In this document: in pieces, positions 1 through 13,329 of the stretch
How positions within the stretch are numbered: position 1 is the stretch's first letter
Layout of the letters: each line of letters begins with the position of its first letter
DNA from: Mobula hypostoma
Taxonomy: Eukaryota
Length of the DNA stretch: 64,000 nucleotides
Assembly: GCF_963921235.1 (NCBI RefSeq)
Contig: NC_086097.1
Coordinates: 30,940,001-31,004,000, forward strand
Direction of reading: 5' to 3'
The notes under the pieces: generated by a model
Told to the model about the DNA's origin: nothing
Databases searched by the model: none
What the model saw: only the letters and a program-made list of their open reading frames with translations
Program-made: the position numbers and the translations under genes

Positions 1-571
1 CTGATAATGTATCCACTAAATAGGGGCCGTGGACAATTCTGATTTGATGGAGACAGACGTGAAAGCACAGAGGAACATCTGGAGAAATTTCTGAAACGCC
101 TGTTTGCTTCTTTCGTTACCGCGCGATCGTGAATCTTCCCGAGGGAAGGCCTCAAAATCCTCAGCTTTGCCTGCTGTTGGCGACCGAGATTGAGGTTGAA
201 TTGCTCGGATAGAGATGGTGCTCAGTACTCGGTGTCGGAGAGCTGATCGGAGCTCGAAGTTTTCGGACGACTCAGAGTCGGACTGTGGTCGGGTATGGCA
301 GGGAGAGTTTTTCTTCCTTCTCCCTTCTGCGTGAGATGTGGGACATTTGACAGACTTTGAACTTTTTACTGTGCTCACGGACTTCTTCATCAAGTTATGG
401 TATTGTTGCACTGTTGTAACTATATGTTACAATTATGTGGTTTTGTCAGTTTTTTCAGTCTTGGTCTGTCCTGTGTTTTGTGATATCACACCGGAGGAAT
501 ATCGTATCATTTCTTAATGCATGCATTACTAAATGACAATAAAAGAGGACTGCGTGTCATCATAATCTAAT
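1..571 (+). mobile_element. 3' part of an unclassified non-LTR retroposon
   Basis: T-rich 3'-UTR-like body ending in AATAAA and a cataatctaat tail. No coding motif. Confidence 0.45.
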
Positions 572-574
572 GTC

Positions 575-1075
575 AGGTAAAATAGGGTAAAACGACAACC
601 ATGCAGAGTAAAGTGTAAAGGCTACTGTAAAGGTGCAGTGCGGGTAGACGACAAAGTGCAAGATCATTACGAGGCAGATTGTGAGGCCGAGTCCAACTTT
701 TAGTACAAGAAGGGCCATTCAAGTGACTGATAACAACAGGATAGGAAACGTCCTTGAGCCCGGTGGTACGTGCTTTCAGGCTTTCAGGTCTTCTGCCCGA
801 CGGGAGAGGGGAGAAGAGAGAATGTCTGGGATGGGTGGGGTCTCTGATTACGTCGGCTGCTTTACTGAGACAGTGGGAAGTGTAGACAGAGGCCATGGAG
901 GGCAGGCTGGTTCCCGGGATGTGCTGAGCTGTGACTACAACACTGTATTTTCTTGCAGTCACGCGCAGAGCAGTTGCCGTACCAAGCCATGGTACATCCA
1001 GACAGAATGCTTTCCACAGTGCTTCAGTAAAAATTGGTAAGAGCTGACGGGGGGACGTGCCGAATTTCTTTAGCC
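575..1075 (-). mobile_element. Rex1/Babar-like LINE 3' fragment
   Basis: Translation IRDPTHPRHSLFSPLPSGRR...SYP..I..LN is the C-terminal motif of Rex1/Babar-type RT ORFs. Confidence 0.7.
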
Positions 1076-1398
1076 CGTAGACCCTGAGGATGAGGACTAG
1101 TGACGCCGCCCCCCCCCCACCCCCAGTTCAGCATGTGTGTGAGTCTGAGAGCCCAGGGCCAAGGACTGGAGGTGGCCTGGCCTAGGATTAGAGGCCTCTC
1201 TGTGTCTGTGTGTGTGAGTGGGTGGACGGGCTGCTCTTTCTGTATTGTTTTATTGTTGTTCTTACTTGTGTTGTTCTGCTGAATATTGTGGACGTGCTAC
1301 ATTGGCGCTGGAATGTGTGGTGACACTTGTGGGCTGTCCCCCGCACATCTCTAGATTTTGTTGGTTGTTAATGCAAACAACACGTTTCACTGCATGTA

Positions 1399-1535
1399 AC
1401 ACACATAAAAGGGTCTCGGCCTGAAACGTCGACTGCACCTCTTCCTAGAGATGCTGCCTGGCCTGCTGCGTTCACCAGCAACTTTGATGTGTGTTGCTTG
1501 AATTTCCAGCATCTGCAGAATTCCTGTTGTTTGCA
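1399..1535 (+). mobile_element. Short Penelope-like terminal (pLTR) fragment with 14-bp target-site duplication
   Basis: Nearly identical to the reverse complement of 20854-20938. Flanked by TTTCACTGCATGTA at 1385-1398 and 1536-1549. Confidence 0.75.
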
Positions 1536-1802
1536 TTTCACTGCATGTACTTGTGATAAATAAATCTGATCATGCGCTGTACTGTTCCACATTCTGTGTT
1601 CTCTGTGTGGTTGACAGCCAGAGCACACAGAACTGTAGCAGACAGCCGGTGTGTCTGTCTGTCTGTTGTCTCTCAGCCCGGGATGCCGGAGCAGTGAACA
1701 AGGGCATTCCCGGGAGCGTGTGGTCCCGTGGCTCCCTCTGCTGGGCCTCCATACAAACTGCAGGCAGGTCTTCCAGTGGGGAAATCATGCGTCCTGCCTC
1801 CC

Positions 1803-2245
1803 AGGAGAGGAGGGAGGGGAGTAGGGGAAGGAGGAGGAGAGGAAAGTGCGGTAAGGAGGAAGGGAGGGGAGTGGGAAGCTGGAGAGAAGGGAGAAAAGGG
1901 GAGAGGAGAGGAGAAGAGAAGGGGAGGAGAGGGAGGGAAAGGGGACAGGAGTGAGCGGGTAGGAGCAGGAAGGGGTAGGGAGAAGAGGGACAGCGGGAAG
2001 AGTTGAGGGATGTGGAGGGTAGAACAGAGGTGTGGGGCGGGTGGAAGGGACTGGGAGGGTGGGAGGGAATAAGTGGGGAGGGGAATGGGGAGATGAAGAG
2101 AGGGGAGGTTGAGGTGAAGAGAGGGTAGGTTGAGGAGAGGAGTGGAAGGGGAAGGACTGGGGGAGCAGAGGGAGTAGGGAGAGGAAGGGTAGGGAGGAAA
2201 GAAGCAAAAAGGGGTGGGGAGGGGAGAAAAGGGAGGTTGTGAGGG
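1803..2245. repeat. Purine-rich (G/A) low-complexity tract
   Basis: Almost entirely G and A on the plus strand. Confidence 0.9.
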
Positions 2246-2309
2246 ATCGGATAGTGTTCATGTTCAAACGGAGCTGTAAGTGGTTGTACACATGTTACAG
2301 AAAGTCGAC

Positions 2310-2580
2310 ATGGGGTGGCCCCATAGCGTAATCCCTATTGTACCGGGGATCCAGGTTTAGTTCCTACTGCTGTCTGAGGAGTTTGTACGTTCTCCCTGTG
2401 ACCGCGTGGGTTTCCTCCGGGAGCTCCAGTTTCCTCCCACATCCCAAAGGTGTACTGATGGGTAGGCTAATTGGTCATTGTAAATCGTCTCTGATTAGGT
2501 CAGAGTTAAATCGGGGTCACGGGGGGGGTGGGTGGCTCGAAAGGCCACGAGGCCTATTCTGTGCTGTGTCTCAATAAGTA
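2310..2580 (+). mobile_element. tRNA-derived SINE (HE1-like shark/ray SINE)
   Basis: Degenerate tRNA-like head, body gagtttgtacgttctccctgtgaccgcgtgggtttcctccgg...ttcctcccacatcccaaag, and CR1-like tail gtgctgtgtctcaataa. Related bodies recur through the window. Confidence 0.7.
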
Positions 2581-2719
2581 AAAAACATTCAGGCGAGACA
2601 AGTGATTAAGTGGGCAAATGGTATGTTTGCCTTTAGAACAAGAGACTATGATTATCGGAATATGGAAGTCTCATAGCAATTATACAGGCCCCTGGTGAGA
2701 CCACACCTGGAGTACTTTG

Positions 2720-3070
2720 TAAACACAGAGATTCTGCCAATGCTGCAACTCTTGAATAACACACACAAAATGCTGGAGGATCTCAGCAGGTCAGACAGTG
2801 CTTATGGAGAGGAATAAACAATGGATATTCGGGGCCAAGACGGGAACGATGCCAGAATAAGAAGGTGAGGAAGGAGAAGTACAAATTGGCAGGTGCTAGG
2901 TGAAACCAGTTGAGGGGGAAGGTGGGTGGGTGGAGGGAGCTTGAAGTAAGCTGGAAGGTGATAGGTGGAAAGGGTAAAGGGCTGAAGAAGAAGGAATCTG
3001 ATAGGAGCTGACAGTCGACCATGGAAGAAAGGGAAGGAGGTCACCTGAGGGAGATGATGGGCAGCTGAGG
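2720..3070 (-). mobile_element. Penelope-like terminal fragment
   Basis: acacacaaaatgctggagga..cagcagg..agcatc-type end shared with the GIY-YIG elements at 13330 and 20854. Confidence 0.6.
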
Positions 3071-4254
3071 AGAGAATGAACTCTTCTGAACTTAACAACA
3101 CCTCATTGATTTCGCTAACTACCGGTAATTCCCCACCCTCACCCCCACCATTCTCTAATTTCTGATTCACCATTGTTGTTCTCCTCTCACCCCTTCTCTT
3201 CTTCTCTGCTGCTCATCACCTCCCTCTGGTTTCCTCTGGTGTTTGACATTTCTACCCTGGGGAAGAGACTGACTGTCTATCTTATCTATGCCTCCCATAA
3301 TTGTAAAGCCTCAATCTGGTCTCCCCTCTGCCTCTGATACTGTCACAATGAACCACCCAAGTTTCTCCAACTCCTCCTTACAGCTCATCCCCTCTTATTA
3401 GTCAGCATCCTGGTCAGCCTCTCCTGCAGCCTTCCCGCCATCCCCGTAATGAGAGAGACCAGGACTGCACGCAGCACTCCAACTGCATTCCGACTAAAAT
3501 TTGACAGCGCTGCAGCATGACCTCCTTACTCTGATACTCAGCACCCAGACTTTTTCCAGTGTTTGGGTGGGACAACCAGAGGTCATGGGTTAAGGGTGAA
3601 AGGTGAAAAGTTCAAGGGGAACATGAAGTGGGTTGTGAGGGTGTGGAATGAGCTGCCAGGGCAAGTGGTGGATGTGAGCTCGACTTCAATGTTTGAGAGA
3701 AGTTCGGAAAGGTACATGGATGGTAGGGGTATGGAGGGCCATGGTCCAGGTGCAAGTCGATGGGTGCAGGCAGTTTAATTTTTTTGGCATGGACTGGATG
3801 GGCTGAATGGCCTGTTTCTGTGCTATATTTTCTAGTGTGCTGTCTGCCTTCATTTTCACCTTATCCACCTGCAGAGTCACTTTCAGTGAACCATGGATCT
3901 GGACCAGAAGATGCCTCTGCACCTCAAAGCCATTAAGAGGCCCACCATTGACTCTACTCTTGCTCCTTTTATTTCAATATGTACATTTAATGTCAGAGAA
4001 ATATATACAATATACAACCTGAAATTCCTTTTCTTTGCAAACATTTCAGGTTAGAATCACAATCAGATCCAGATTCACTTATCCACACGTACAGTGAAAT
4101 GTGTCATGTGTGTTAACAGCACAGCACGATCTAAGGATGTGCTGGGGGCAGCCGGCAAGTGTCACCACACATTCCGGTGCCAATATAACCTGCACACAAT
4201 GTTCAGCAGAGCAACACAGAACACAACAAGCTACAACACGATAACAAATAGCAA

Positions 4255-4415
4255 AACAATCTCTCTCTCTCACACACACACACACACAGACACACACACA
4301 AATGACAACACAATAACAACAGCAAAACAAGCCCCATTTCTCTCTCACACACACACTCTCACTCTCTCACGTGCACACACACATTCACACTCTCACGCAC
4401 ACACACGCACAAACT

Positions 4416-4453
<38 letters not shown>

Positions 4454-4568
4454 TGACAACACAATAACAACAGCAAAACAAGCCCCATTTCTCTCTCACA
4501 CACACACTCTCACTCTCTCACGTGCACACACACATTCACACTCTCACGCACACACACGCACAAACTCT

Positions 4569-4602
<34 letters not shown>

Positions 4603-4910
4603 AATGGCAACACAATAACAACAGCAAAACAAGCCCCATTTCTCTCTCATGCACACACACTCTCACTCTCTCACGTGCACACACACATTCACACTCTCAC
4701 GCACACACACGCACAAACTCTCACACACACACACACACACACACGCACACAAATGGCAACACAATAACAACAGTAAAACAAGCCCCATTTCTCACACACA
4801 CACACTTTCACCCACACACACACACTCTCACGCACACATACATGCACTCATTCACTCATACACACACTCACACACTCACTCACTCGCACACACACACTCA
4901 TACACACACA
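4255..4910. repeat. About 150-bp tandem repeat built from CA/CT microsatellite plus a retroposon segment
   Basis: Unit anchor aaatg(a/g)caacacaataacaacag(c/t)aaaacaagcccc at 4300, 4451, 4602 and 4751. Confidence 0.9.
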
Positions 4911-5489
4911 CAATTTTCCAACTGGGGACAGGCTGTGTTCAGCCTGCAGCAGACTCAGAGATTCACAGACACTGAGCTTCAATCTCCCCTGCAGATTCAC
5001 AGAAAGACAACGACCAAGGCTTCCGCAGACTTCCAATTGACCTATGAGCTTCAATCTTTGGTCTTTGACCTCTCAAAGTGCAACACCTCACACTCCTCAA
5101 AGGATGACCCCCACAACCTGCAATCCTCTATCACGTCCCTCGGTAGGGAGATCATACCTGGTGAAATACTCCAGCTGCTAATCTCAGGACCCTACATAAT
5201 TGGAACAAAAGTCTGGCATATCAATTTCAGTACTCCAAGTTGAGGGATCTATATTGACCAGAGTTCTGCAAGAACATCCCTGATCTTCCCTTCAGCACTC
5301 TGGTCTTCCCCGTGTTCAGGGAAGCAGTTGGGTCTTGAATAATACACACAAAATGCTGGAGGAACTCAACAGTTCAGGCAGCATCTTTGGAGGCAAATAA
5401 TCGGTTGATGGTTTGGCCCAAGACCCTTCATAGGGCCCCTGTGCTTCCTTTGCAAAAAACAATCACTTACAGCCTCAACTTGGGCAAGT

Positions 5490-5760
5490 CAGTAAGTTAC
5501 TTACTGTCCGTTATGTCGCTGGCACTTAGGGCAGCAGTGAAGGTCCTCCACCTCTGTCTGTCCTTGGCCATCTTCTCTCTTGTGTCCCAGGCGTGGGTCA
5601 GGGTCCTCATTTCTGCCTCTGCGGAATGGCACCAAGTTGTCTTTGGTCTCCTGTGTTTCCTCTTCCCTTCAGGGGTCTAATGAAGTGCTGTCTTAATGAT
5701 GGAGTTGGCCTCTCCTCTCATCACGTGTCCAACCCACCTCCTCATGTCCTCGTGATGACA
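5490..5760 (-). mobile_element. RTE-clade LINE 3' fragment
   Basis: Translation RRWVGHVMRGEANSIIKTALH*TPEGKRK.RRPKTTW...AKDRQRWR is an RTE C-terminus. It has a (TAAG)-type tail. Confidence 0.75.
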
Positions 5761-7619
5761 CTGAAGGGTTAGGGTGTGGCTGGTGATCTTTCTCAGCCAG
5801 AAAATACAGTCATACGTCAGCATTCTGACCTGTACAACAGTGTGGACGGAACACAGCTTGGGAAAGCAGCCAACACGATCAAGTACCCCACCCACCCTGA
5901 CATTCTCCCTTTTACAGAATCCACCAGGCTCTATCCCCACTGTTATCAGAACTCCTGAATGGACCCGTCTGTAAGAGTAGCACTGCATTCTGAAGAATCA
6001 GAACTAGACTTATTATCACTGACGTACGGTATGGGGTGAAATTTGTTGTTTTGCAGCTGCAGTACAGTGCAATGCATAAAAAATTACTATAATTTGTAAT
6101 AAGAAAAATAGTAAAATAAGTCAGTAGAAAGAAAGCAAAAATTGAGGTAGTGTTTGTGTGTTCATTATCCATGCAGAAATCTGATGGTGAAGGGGTAGAA
6201 GTTGTTCCTGAATCATTCAGGCTCCTGTACCTCCTCCCTGACAGTAGTAACGACATGTCCCGGGTGGTGAGAACACAACAGACTTGATATACAGGAATCC
6301 GGAGCAACTCAGAAAGCACTAAAGGAACTCCGCTGGTCAAGCAGTGTCTGTGACTCAGACGAACAGCCTGGATCTGAAATACTGACTGTCCAACTTCCTG
6401 CACAGATGCTGCCCGACCTACTGAGACCCCAGCATCTTGTGCACTGCGCCATATTCCCACGTTTTGTTTTACTTTTTACTGCCTTGAGGTATTTATCTAT
6501 GGAAAGATCTGTCTGGATGGCATACTAACAAAAGCCTTTCTCTGTGACTTACTACATATGACAATAACAACAGACTCTGGCAGATTTCTACAGATGCATG
6601 GTGGAGGGCATTCTGACTGGTCGCATTGGGGGCTCCAATGCAGGGAACTGCAGGAAGCCCCAGAGGGCTATAAACTCAGCCAGCTCCATCACAGGCACAA
6701 CCTCCACACCACTGAGGACATCTGCAAGAGATGGGCCCTGAAGGCGGCATCCTTCACGAAAGACCCTCGCCGTCTGGAATGTGCCCTCTTCTTCACCTAG
6801 GGACAGGAGCCTAAAGACACACTCAATGATTCAGTAATAGCTTCTTCCCCTCTGCCAACCCCATGAACACTATTTTTTTTGTAATTTATGGTAATTTTAT
6901 GTCTTTGTACTACTGCAGCAAAACAACAAATTTTATGTCCTACAAGACAGTGATAATAAACCTGATTCTGATTCTGATTCTAAACCAAACCTGGGACATG
7001 GAGAACTGGACAAGTGACCATGTAGTACTGCCTTATGTCCACTGGGTGGTACCAGTGCCCCATTCTATCACCCAGGCAACGCACAACGCTGGCTTTCATC
7101 AGTCAGGGCATTAAACATTATGTTGCAGTTCTATAAGTCGTTGGCGAGGCTGCACGGAGTACAGGGTATAGTTTTGGTCATTCTGTTATAGGAAAGATGT
7201 GGTTAAACTGGAAAGAGTACAGAAAAAGATTTACGAGGGTATTGCTGGGATTAGAGGGCCTGAGGTATCGGGTTAGGTCTTTATTCCTTGGAACGTAGGA
7301 GAGATGTTTAAAATTATGAGAGGCATGGATTAGGTCAACAGTAACAGTTTTTTCCCCAGTATAAGGGAGACCAGATCTAGAAGGCGTAAGTTTAGGGTGA
7401 GAGGGGAAAGATTTAAAAGGGACATGAGGGGCAACTCACATTGGGGGGAGGGTGGAATAAATGGAATGAGAAGAAGTGACTGAGGCAGGTACAAAGGTAT
7501 CATTTCAGAAGCACTTGCATATGCATGTGGAAGGAAGGGGCTTAGACGTTAATGGCTGAACAGAGTGAATTGGGACTAACTGGGTGGACACCATGATTGG
7601 CATGGACTGGTTGGACCAC

Positions 7620-10600
7620 AAATGGGTATCACTGAATTGTAGCTGAAAGAAGATTATAGCTGGGAGCTTCACATCCAAGGATACACATTGTTTTGAAAGG
7701 ACAGGCAGAAAGCCAGAGGGGGGTGTGGTGGCGCTCCGTTGGTAAAAAAAAATGAAATCAAATAATTAAAAAGAGGTGCCCAAAGGATGCCTTGGTAGAA
7801 TCAGCAAAGTCAGTGATTCCTAAAAAAGAAAAAAGCACAAAGAATAAATGGATGATGGATGAAATCAAAAATCTAATGGAAGAAAGGAGAGAGAAGAAAG
7901 CAAATCCTATAGAATATAAGTCCTTAGATAAAAAAGTTAAAAGCTTATGTCAAAAAGCCAAAGAAGAATGGTTAAACCAGGAATGTGAGCAAATAGAAAG
8001 AATCCCTATTACTGATCCAAAAAGGTTACCTCAACAAATCAAGAATATCACTGGTAAAAAGCTCCTCTGTTCTTCAGGTGGATGTTTGAAAGCAAAGGAC
8101 GGTACCATTATTGTGGAAAAAGACGAGATTATGAACAGATGGGCTGAGTATATTCAGGAATTGTTTGAAGATGATCGAGGCGAAAAATCAGAAATTAAGA
8201 AAAACATTGAAGGTCCAAGTATTTTAAAATCTGAAGTTTGTAATGCAATAAATAAGATGAAGAAAGGAAAGGCAGCAGGTCCTGATGAACTAGTACTAGA
8301 CCAAATTATTGCCCTTGAAGATTATGGAATTGAAAAACTTACTGATTTAATCAATGATATTTATGAGACTAGAATAATACCAGAAGAGATGAAAAAAATC
8401 AGTATTTATCACTCTTCCTAAGAAAGCTGGAGCAATAGAATGTGAATTACATAGAACCATCAGTTTAATGAGTCATATCACCAAGATACTTCTAAGAATT
8501 TTGATGACAAGAGCTAAAAGTAAGATACAAGCTGAAATAGGCAAAGAACAATGTGGTTTTGTGAAAGACAAAGGTACAGGAAATGCAATATTGATGTTAA
8601 GGATACTATCAGAACGAGCTATTCAAGCGCAAAAAGATTTGTTTGTTTGTTTAATTGATTACACAAAAGCATTTGATAAAGTGCACAATAAGTTATTTGA
8701 AATATTACAGAAACTCTAGATCTAGATTTGAAAGTCCTCCGCCTAATCAGAAATCTGTACTGGGAACAAAATGCCACTGTAAGAATAGATGGAGAAGTGA
8801 GTCAGTTTACAAAAATCGAGAGAGGCGTTAGACAAGGGTGTGTTTTCTCCCCTGATTTATTTAATGTGTACAGTGAAACAATATTACAAAAAATAAGAGA
8901 CATCTTGGGAATCAAAGTTGGCGGTGAAAACATAAATAATTTCAGATATGCAGATGACACTGTGTTAATTGCAAGTACGGAGGATGAACTACAAAACTTA
9001 ATTGATATAATTGTTGAAGAAAGTGCAAAAATGGGTCTATCTATCAATTGCAAAAAGACAGAATGTTATGGTGATATCCAAAAAGAAGGAGAATCCTATC
9101 TGCAGGCTGAGAATAAATGGCGAAGACATAAAATAAGTACAGAACTTTTGCCACTTAGGAAGCTGGGTGACATCAGATGTCAGCCGCGACTTGGACATCT
9201 AAAGAAGAATAGGGATGGCAAAAGACACCTTTACGAGAATGAAGAGTATACTGACCAATACTAAACTAGGCATGACAACCCGCCTCAGAGTACTGAAATG
9301 TTACATTTATCCAGTTATGTTATATGGCTCAGAATGTCGGACAATATCTAGTTACATGAGGAAACGAATTGTAGCAGCAGAGATGTGGTTTTTGAGGAGG
9401 ATGCAAAGAATATCATAGACGAAACGAATATCTAACGAGGATGTCATGAACAGAACAAACACAAAAAGAGAAATAATGTATGAGATCATGAAAAAGCAAC
9501 GTGACTTCATTGGACATGTGATTAAGAAAGAGGAGTTAGAATGCACGGTAATTATGGGAAAGATTGAAGGGAAGAAAGCAAGAGGAAGACAAAGACAAAT
9601 GATGATGGAGACAGCAGCCAGAGAACTGGAAATGAATACCAATGAATTGATCCACTTGACCCAATACAGGAGTGTGTGGGCCATGGCAGTCAAAGCTCAC
9701 ACTGGGCATGGTACCTGATGATGATGATGAGAAAGAGGTGACATAGGATCAGAAGATGTAGAATCATTGTGGGTAGAGTTAAGGAATTGCAAAGGTAAAA
9801 AAGACCCTGATGGCAGTTATATACAGGCCTCCAACAGTAGCAAAGGAGTGGTCTACAAATTACAACAGAAGATAGATAATGCATGTCAAAAGGGATTTCA
9901 ATATGCAGGTAGATTGGGAAAATAAGGGTGGTGCTGGATCCTAAGAGAGGAAAATTGTAGAATGCCTAAGAGATGGCTTTTTAGAGCAGCTCATGGTTAA
10001 GCCCATTAGCGAATCAGCTATTTGGGGCTGGGTATTGTGAAATGATCCAGAACTGATTAGAGAGCTTAAGATATATGAACCCTTAGGAGACAGTAATCAA
10101 AATATAATAGAACTCACTCTGCAATTTCAGGAGGAGAAGCTAAAGTTAGATGTATCAGTATTACAGTGGAATAAAGAGAATTACAGAGGCATGAGAGAGG
10201 AGCTGGCCAAAATTGATTGGAAGGGAACACTAGCAGGGATGACAATGGAGCAGCAATGGCTGGAGTTTTGGGGAGCAATTCAGAAGGTGCAGGATAGATA
10301 CATCCCAAAGAAGAAGTATTTTAAAGGCAGGATACTTCAACCGTGGCTGACAAGGAAAGTCAAAGCCAACATAAAAAACTAATTGAGGGCATATAATAGG
10401 ACAAAAATTATTGGGAAGTTAGGGGACCGGGAAGCTTTTAAAAATCAACAGAAGGCAACTGAAAAGGTAATAAAGAAGGAAAAGATGGAATGCAAAGGTA
10501 AGCAAGCCAATGATACTAAAAGAGATTCCAGAAGTTTAAAAAAGTGTAAAAGACTGGCGAGAATAGAAATCAGATGACTGGAAAATGATGCTGGAGAGGT

Positions 10601-11810
10601 AGTAATGAGGGACAAGAAAATGGCAGATGAACTGAATAAGTATTTTGATTCAGTCTTCACTGTGGAAGACACTAGCAGTTTGACGGAAGTTCGAGAGTAT
10701 CGGGGGGCAGAAGTGAGTGCAGTTGCTATTACTAGGGAGAAGGTACTTAAGAAACTGAAAGATCTGAAGGTAGATAAGTTACCTGGACCAGATGGACTAC
10801 ACCCCAGGGTACTGAAAGAGGTAGCTGAAAAGACTGTGGAGGCATTAGTATTGATCTTTTAAGAATCAATGAATTCTGGCATGGTTCCTGAGTAGTGAAA
10901 AATTGCAAATGTTACTCCACTCTTCAAGAAGAGAGAGAGGCAGAAGAAAGGAAATTATAGGCCAGTTAGTCTGACCTCAGTGGTTAGGAAGATGTGGATC
11001 GATTGTTAAAATTGTGGTTTTGAGGTACTTGGAGGCACCTGATAAAATAGGGTGAAGTCAGCACGAGTTCCTTAAGGGAAAATTGTGCCTGATAAATCTG
11101 TTAGAATTCTTCGAAGAAGTAACAAGCAGGGTAGACAAAGTGGTTGATGTTGTGTACTTGGATTTTCAGAAGGCCTTTGACAAGGTGCCACACATGAGGC
11201 TGCTTAACAAGCTACGAGCCCGTGGTATTACAGGAAAGATTCTAGCACGGATAGAGCAGTGGCTGATTGGCAGGAGGCAGAGAGAGGGAATGAAGAGTAT
11301 TGTGAGCAGTTTTGGGCCCCTTTCTAAGAAAGAATGTGTTGTCATTAGAGAGGGTTCAAAGAAGATTCATGAAAATTATTCTGGGATTGAAAGGCTTATT
11401 ATATGAGGAGGATTTGATGGCTCCAGGCCTGTACTCACTGGAATTCAGAATAATGAGGGGGATCTCATTGAAACCTATCGAATAGTGAAATATAGACTGG
11501 ATGTGGAGAGAATGTTTCCTATAGTGGGGGAGACTAAGACCAGAGGACAGCCTCAGAATAGAGGGACGTCCATTTAGAATGGCGGTGAGGAGGAATTTCT
11601 TTAGCCAGAGTGGTGAAATTGTGGAATTCATTGCCACAGGCCAGGTCATTTTATATATTTAAGGCAGAGTTTGATAGGTTCTTGATCGGTCAGGGCATGA
11701 GGGGATACGGAGAGAAGACAGGAGTTTGGGGCTGAGAAGAAAATGGATCAACCACGATGAAATGGCGGAGCAGACTCGATGGGCCAAATGGCCTAATTCT
11801 GTTCCTTCGT
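7620..11810 (+). mobile_element. Old CR1 LINE (endonuclease-RT fragments) interrupted by an RTE insertion
   Basis: CR1 ORF2 fragments (KLPGPDGLHPRVLKE; VDVVYLDFQKAFDKVPH) with many stops. The sequence is collinear on both sides of 7779-9731. Confidence 0.85.
7779..9731 (+). mobile_element. RTE-clade LINE, 5'-truncated, frameshifted RT ORF
   Basis: ORF pieces 7792-9718 with KAAGPDE, DYTKAFDKV, GVRQGCVFSPDLFNVY and RYADDTVLIA. Ends in a (GAT)n tail. AAAGAGGTG is duplicated at 7770-7778 and 9732-9740. Confidence 0.92.
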
Positions 11811-11819
11811 CTTATTGGA

Positions 11820-12300
11820 AAAGTCTACAAAAAGTGGTGGATACAGCCCAGTCCATCACAGGCAAAATCCTCCCCGCTGTTAAGCACATTTACACATGAA
11901 AGTAACATCTGTCCTCAAGGAGCCCTCCATCCAGGCCATGCTCTCTTCTCATTGCTGCAAATGGGCAGGAGGAATGGGAGCCTTCGGTCCCACACCACCA
12001 AGGTGAGGAACAGTTATTACCCTCCAACCATCAGGCTCCTGAACCAGCATGGACAACTGCACTCACCTCAACTCTGAACCGACTCCACCAACTCCAGACT
12101 CACTTTCAAGAGGTCAGCAACTGACTCTCGATAGTTTGTGTTTTTGCAACTTGTCTTCTTTCGCACATCGGTTGTTTGTCAGAAATTCTAATGCATTTCT
12201 TTATTTGCATTTTATTATCTGCATTTGCCTGAAAGGAAATTAGCTTCAAGGTAGTTTTGTGTTAGCATATATGTAATTTGGTATTAGATTTTACTTGGTC
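11820..12300 (+). mobile_element. Rex1/Babar-like LINE 3' fragment
   Basis: HPGHALFSLLQMGRR..SLRSHTT..RNSYYPPTIRLLN motif. Confidence 0.7.
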
Positions 12301-13329
12301 TTATTACAGTGCCAGCAACCCAGGTTCAAATCCCCCAGTGTCTGTACGAACTTCTGCATTCCCCCCGTGACCTGCATGGTCAACCAAAGGTTTTGTTATC
12401 TTTTACAATCGCAAGACCCTGTTAGACATTAAGAACCTTAACTACTGCATGTCTACCCATCAACGAGTTGCTTGTTGGCGGAGAAAGTGAAGGAACCGGA
12501 CTTGGTGTGGATCCTGCTGCTGCCTGCAGATGAGGGGCGTCAGAGCACAAGGGCAGCGTGCGCTCGAACAGCGAGTGATCATCGTAGTTGCTTCTCTTGT
12601 GATCGCGAGGCCCTCTTGGACGTTGGTGGTGTGGAATGCTGCAGGTCTAATCCATTGGCTTATTGGCGAATGGCAGGGGAGCTGTGTGGTTTCAGTCGTA
12701 GCAAGGACTAGGCGTCAAACCACGGTGTCGCCTGTTTGCAGCTGCCCAGGGGAAGCGTCAGAGCCTGGAGTACTGGGGGCAGAGTGGTGTGGTGTCCACG
12801 CTGGAGTCGGTGCTGCCCCCCAGTGTTTGCTCGGCAGAAGACAAGCTGTATTGTGTTCAATTCCAGACTGCTGCAACATTCATGGAGTTAGGGACTTGGA
12901 CTATATTTTTTCCTGTGGTACTAGATTTTACTCCTGTCGTGTATGTGCTACATGTGCCTTGAGCTTTGTGTGACTGTCCTGCGTTTGTCACCTTGGCCCT
13001 CATTTGCCTGTTATTGATGGGTATTCATCAAATCAAATCAACTTTAATTATTATTCAAGCCATACAGAGATACAGCTGAATGAGACAGCGTTCCTCTGGG
13101 GCCAAGGAGTAAAACATTCAAAATAACAAGCAAACATTCAGAAAGAACGAGTAACATATTTCAAAATATTAAGTGAGGTAGCATATTCACTCAGAAAAAA
13201 GAACATGTATAGAATCCAAGACCCTGAGCGACAATGCCTGGCAATCTCCTGCAGTCTCCTAGCTGTGTACAGATGCACACCATCCAGCCTGTTGTTCCAC
13301 TGCCCAAACAGAGGAGGGCAGCACCAATG

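Noticed and set aside
1553..2291. Arg/Gly/Glu-rich and Pro/Ser/Leu-rich ORFs, and a possible acceptor at 1676
   Set aside because: Low-complexity purine tract. The segment after the acceptor has no convincing donor or recognisable peptide.
4094..5243. His/Thr-rich ORFs (up to 290 aa)
   Set aside because: Translations of CA microsatellite repeats.
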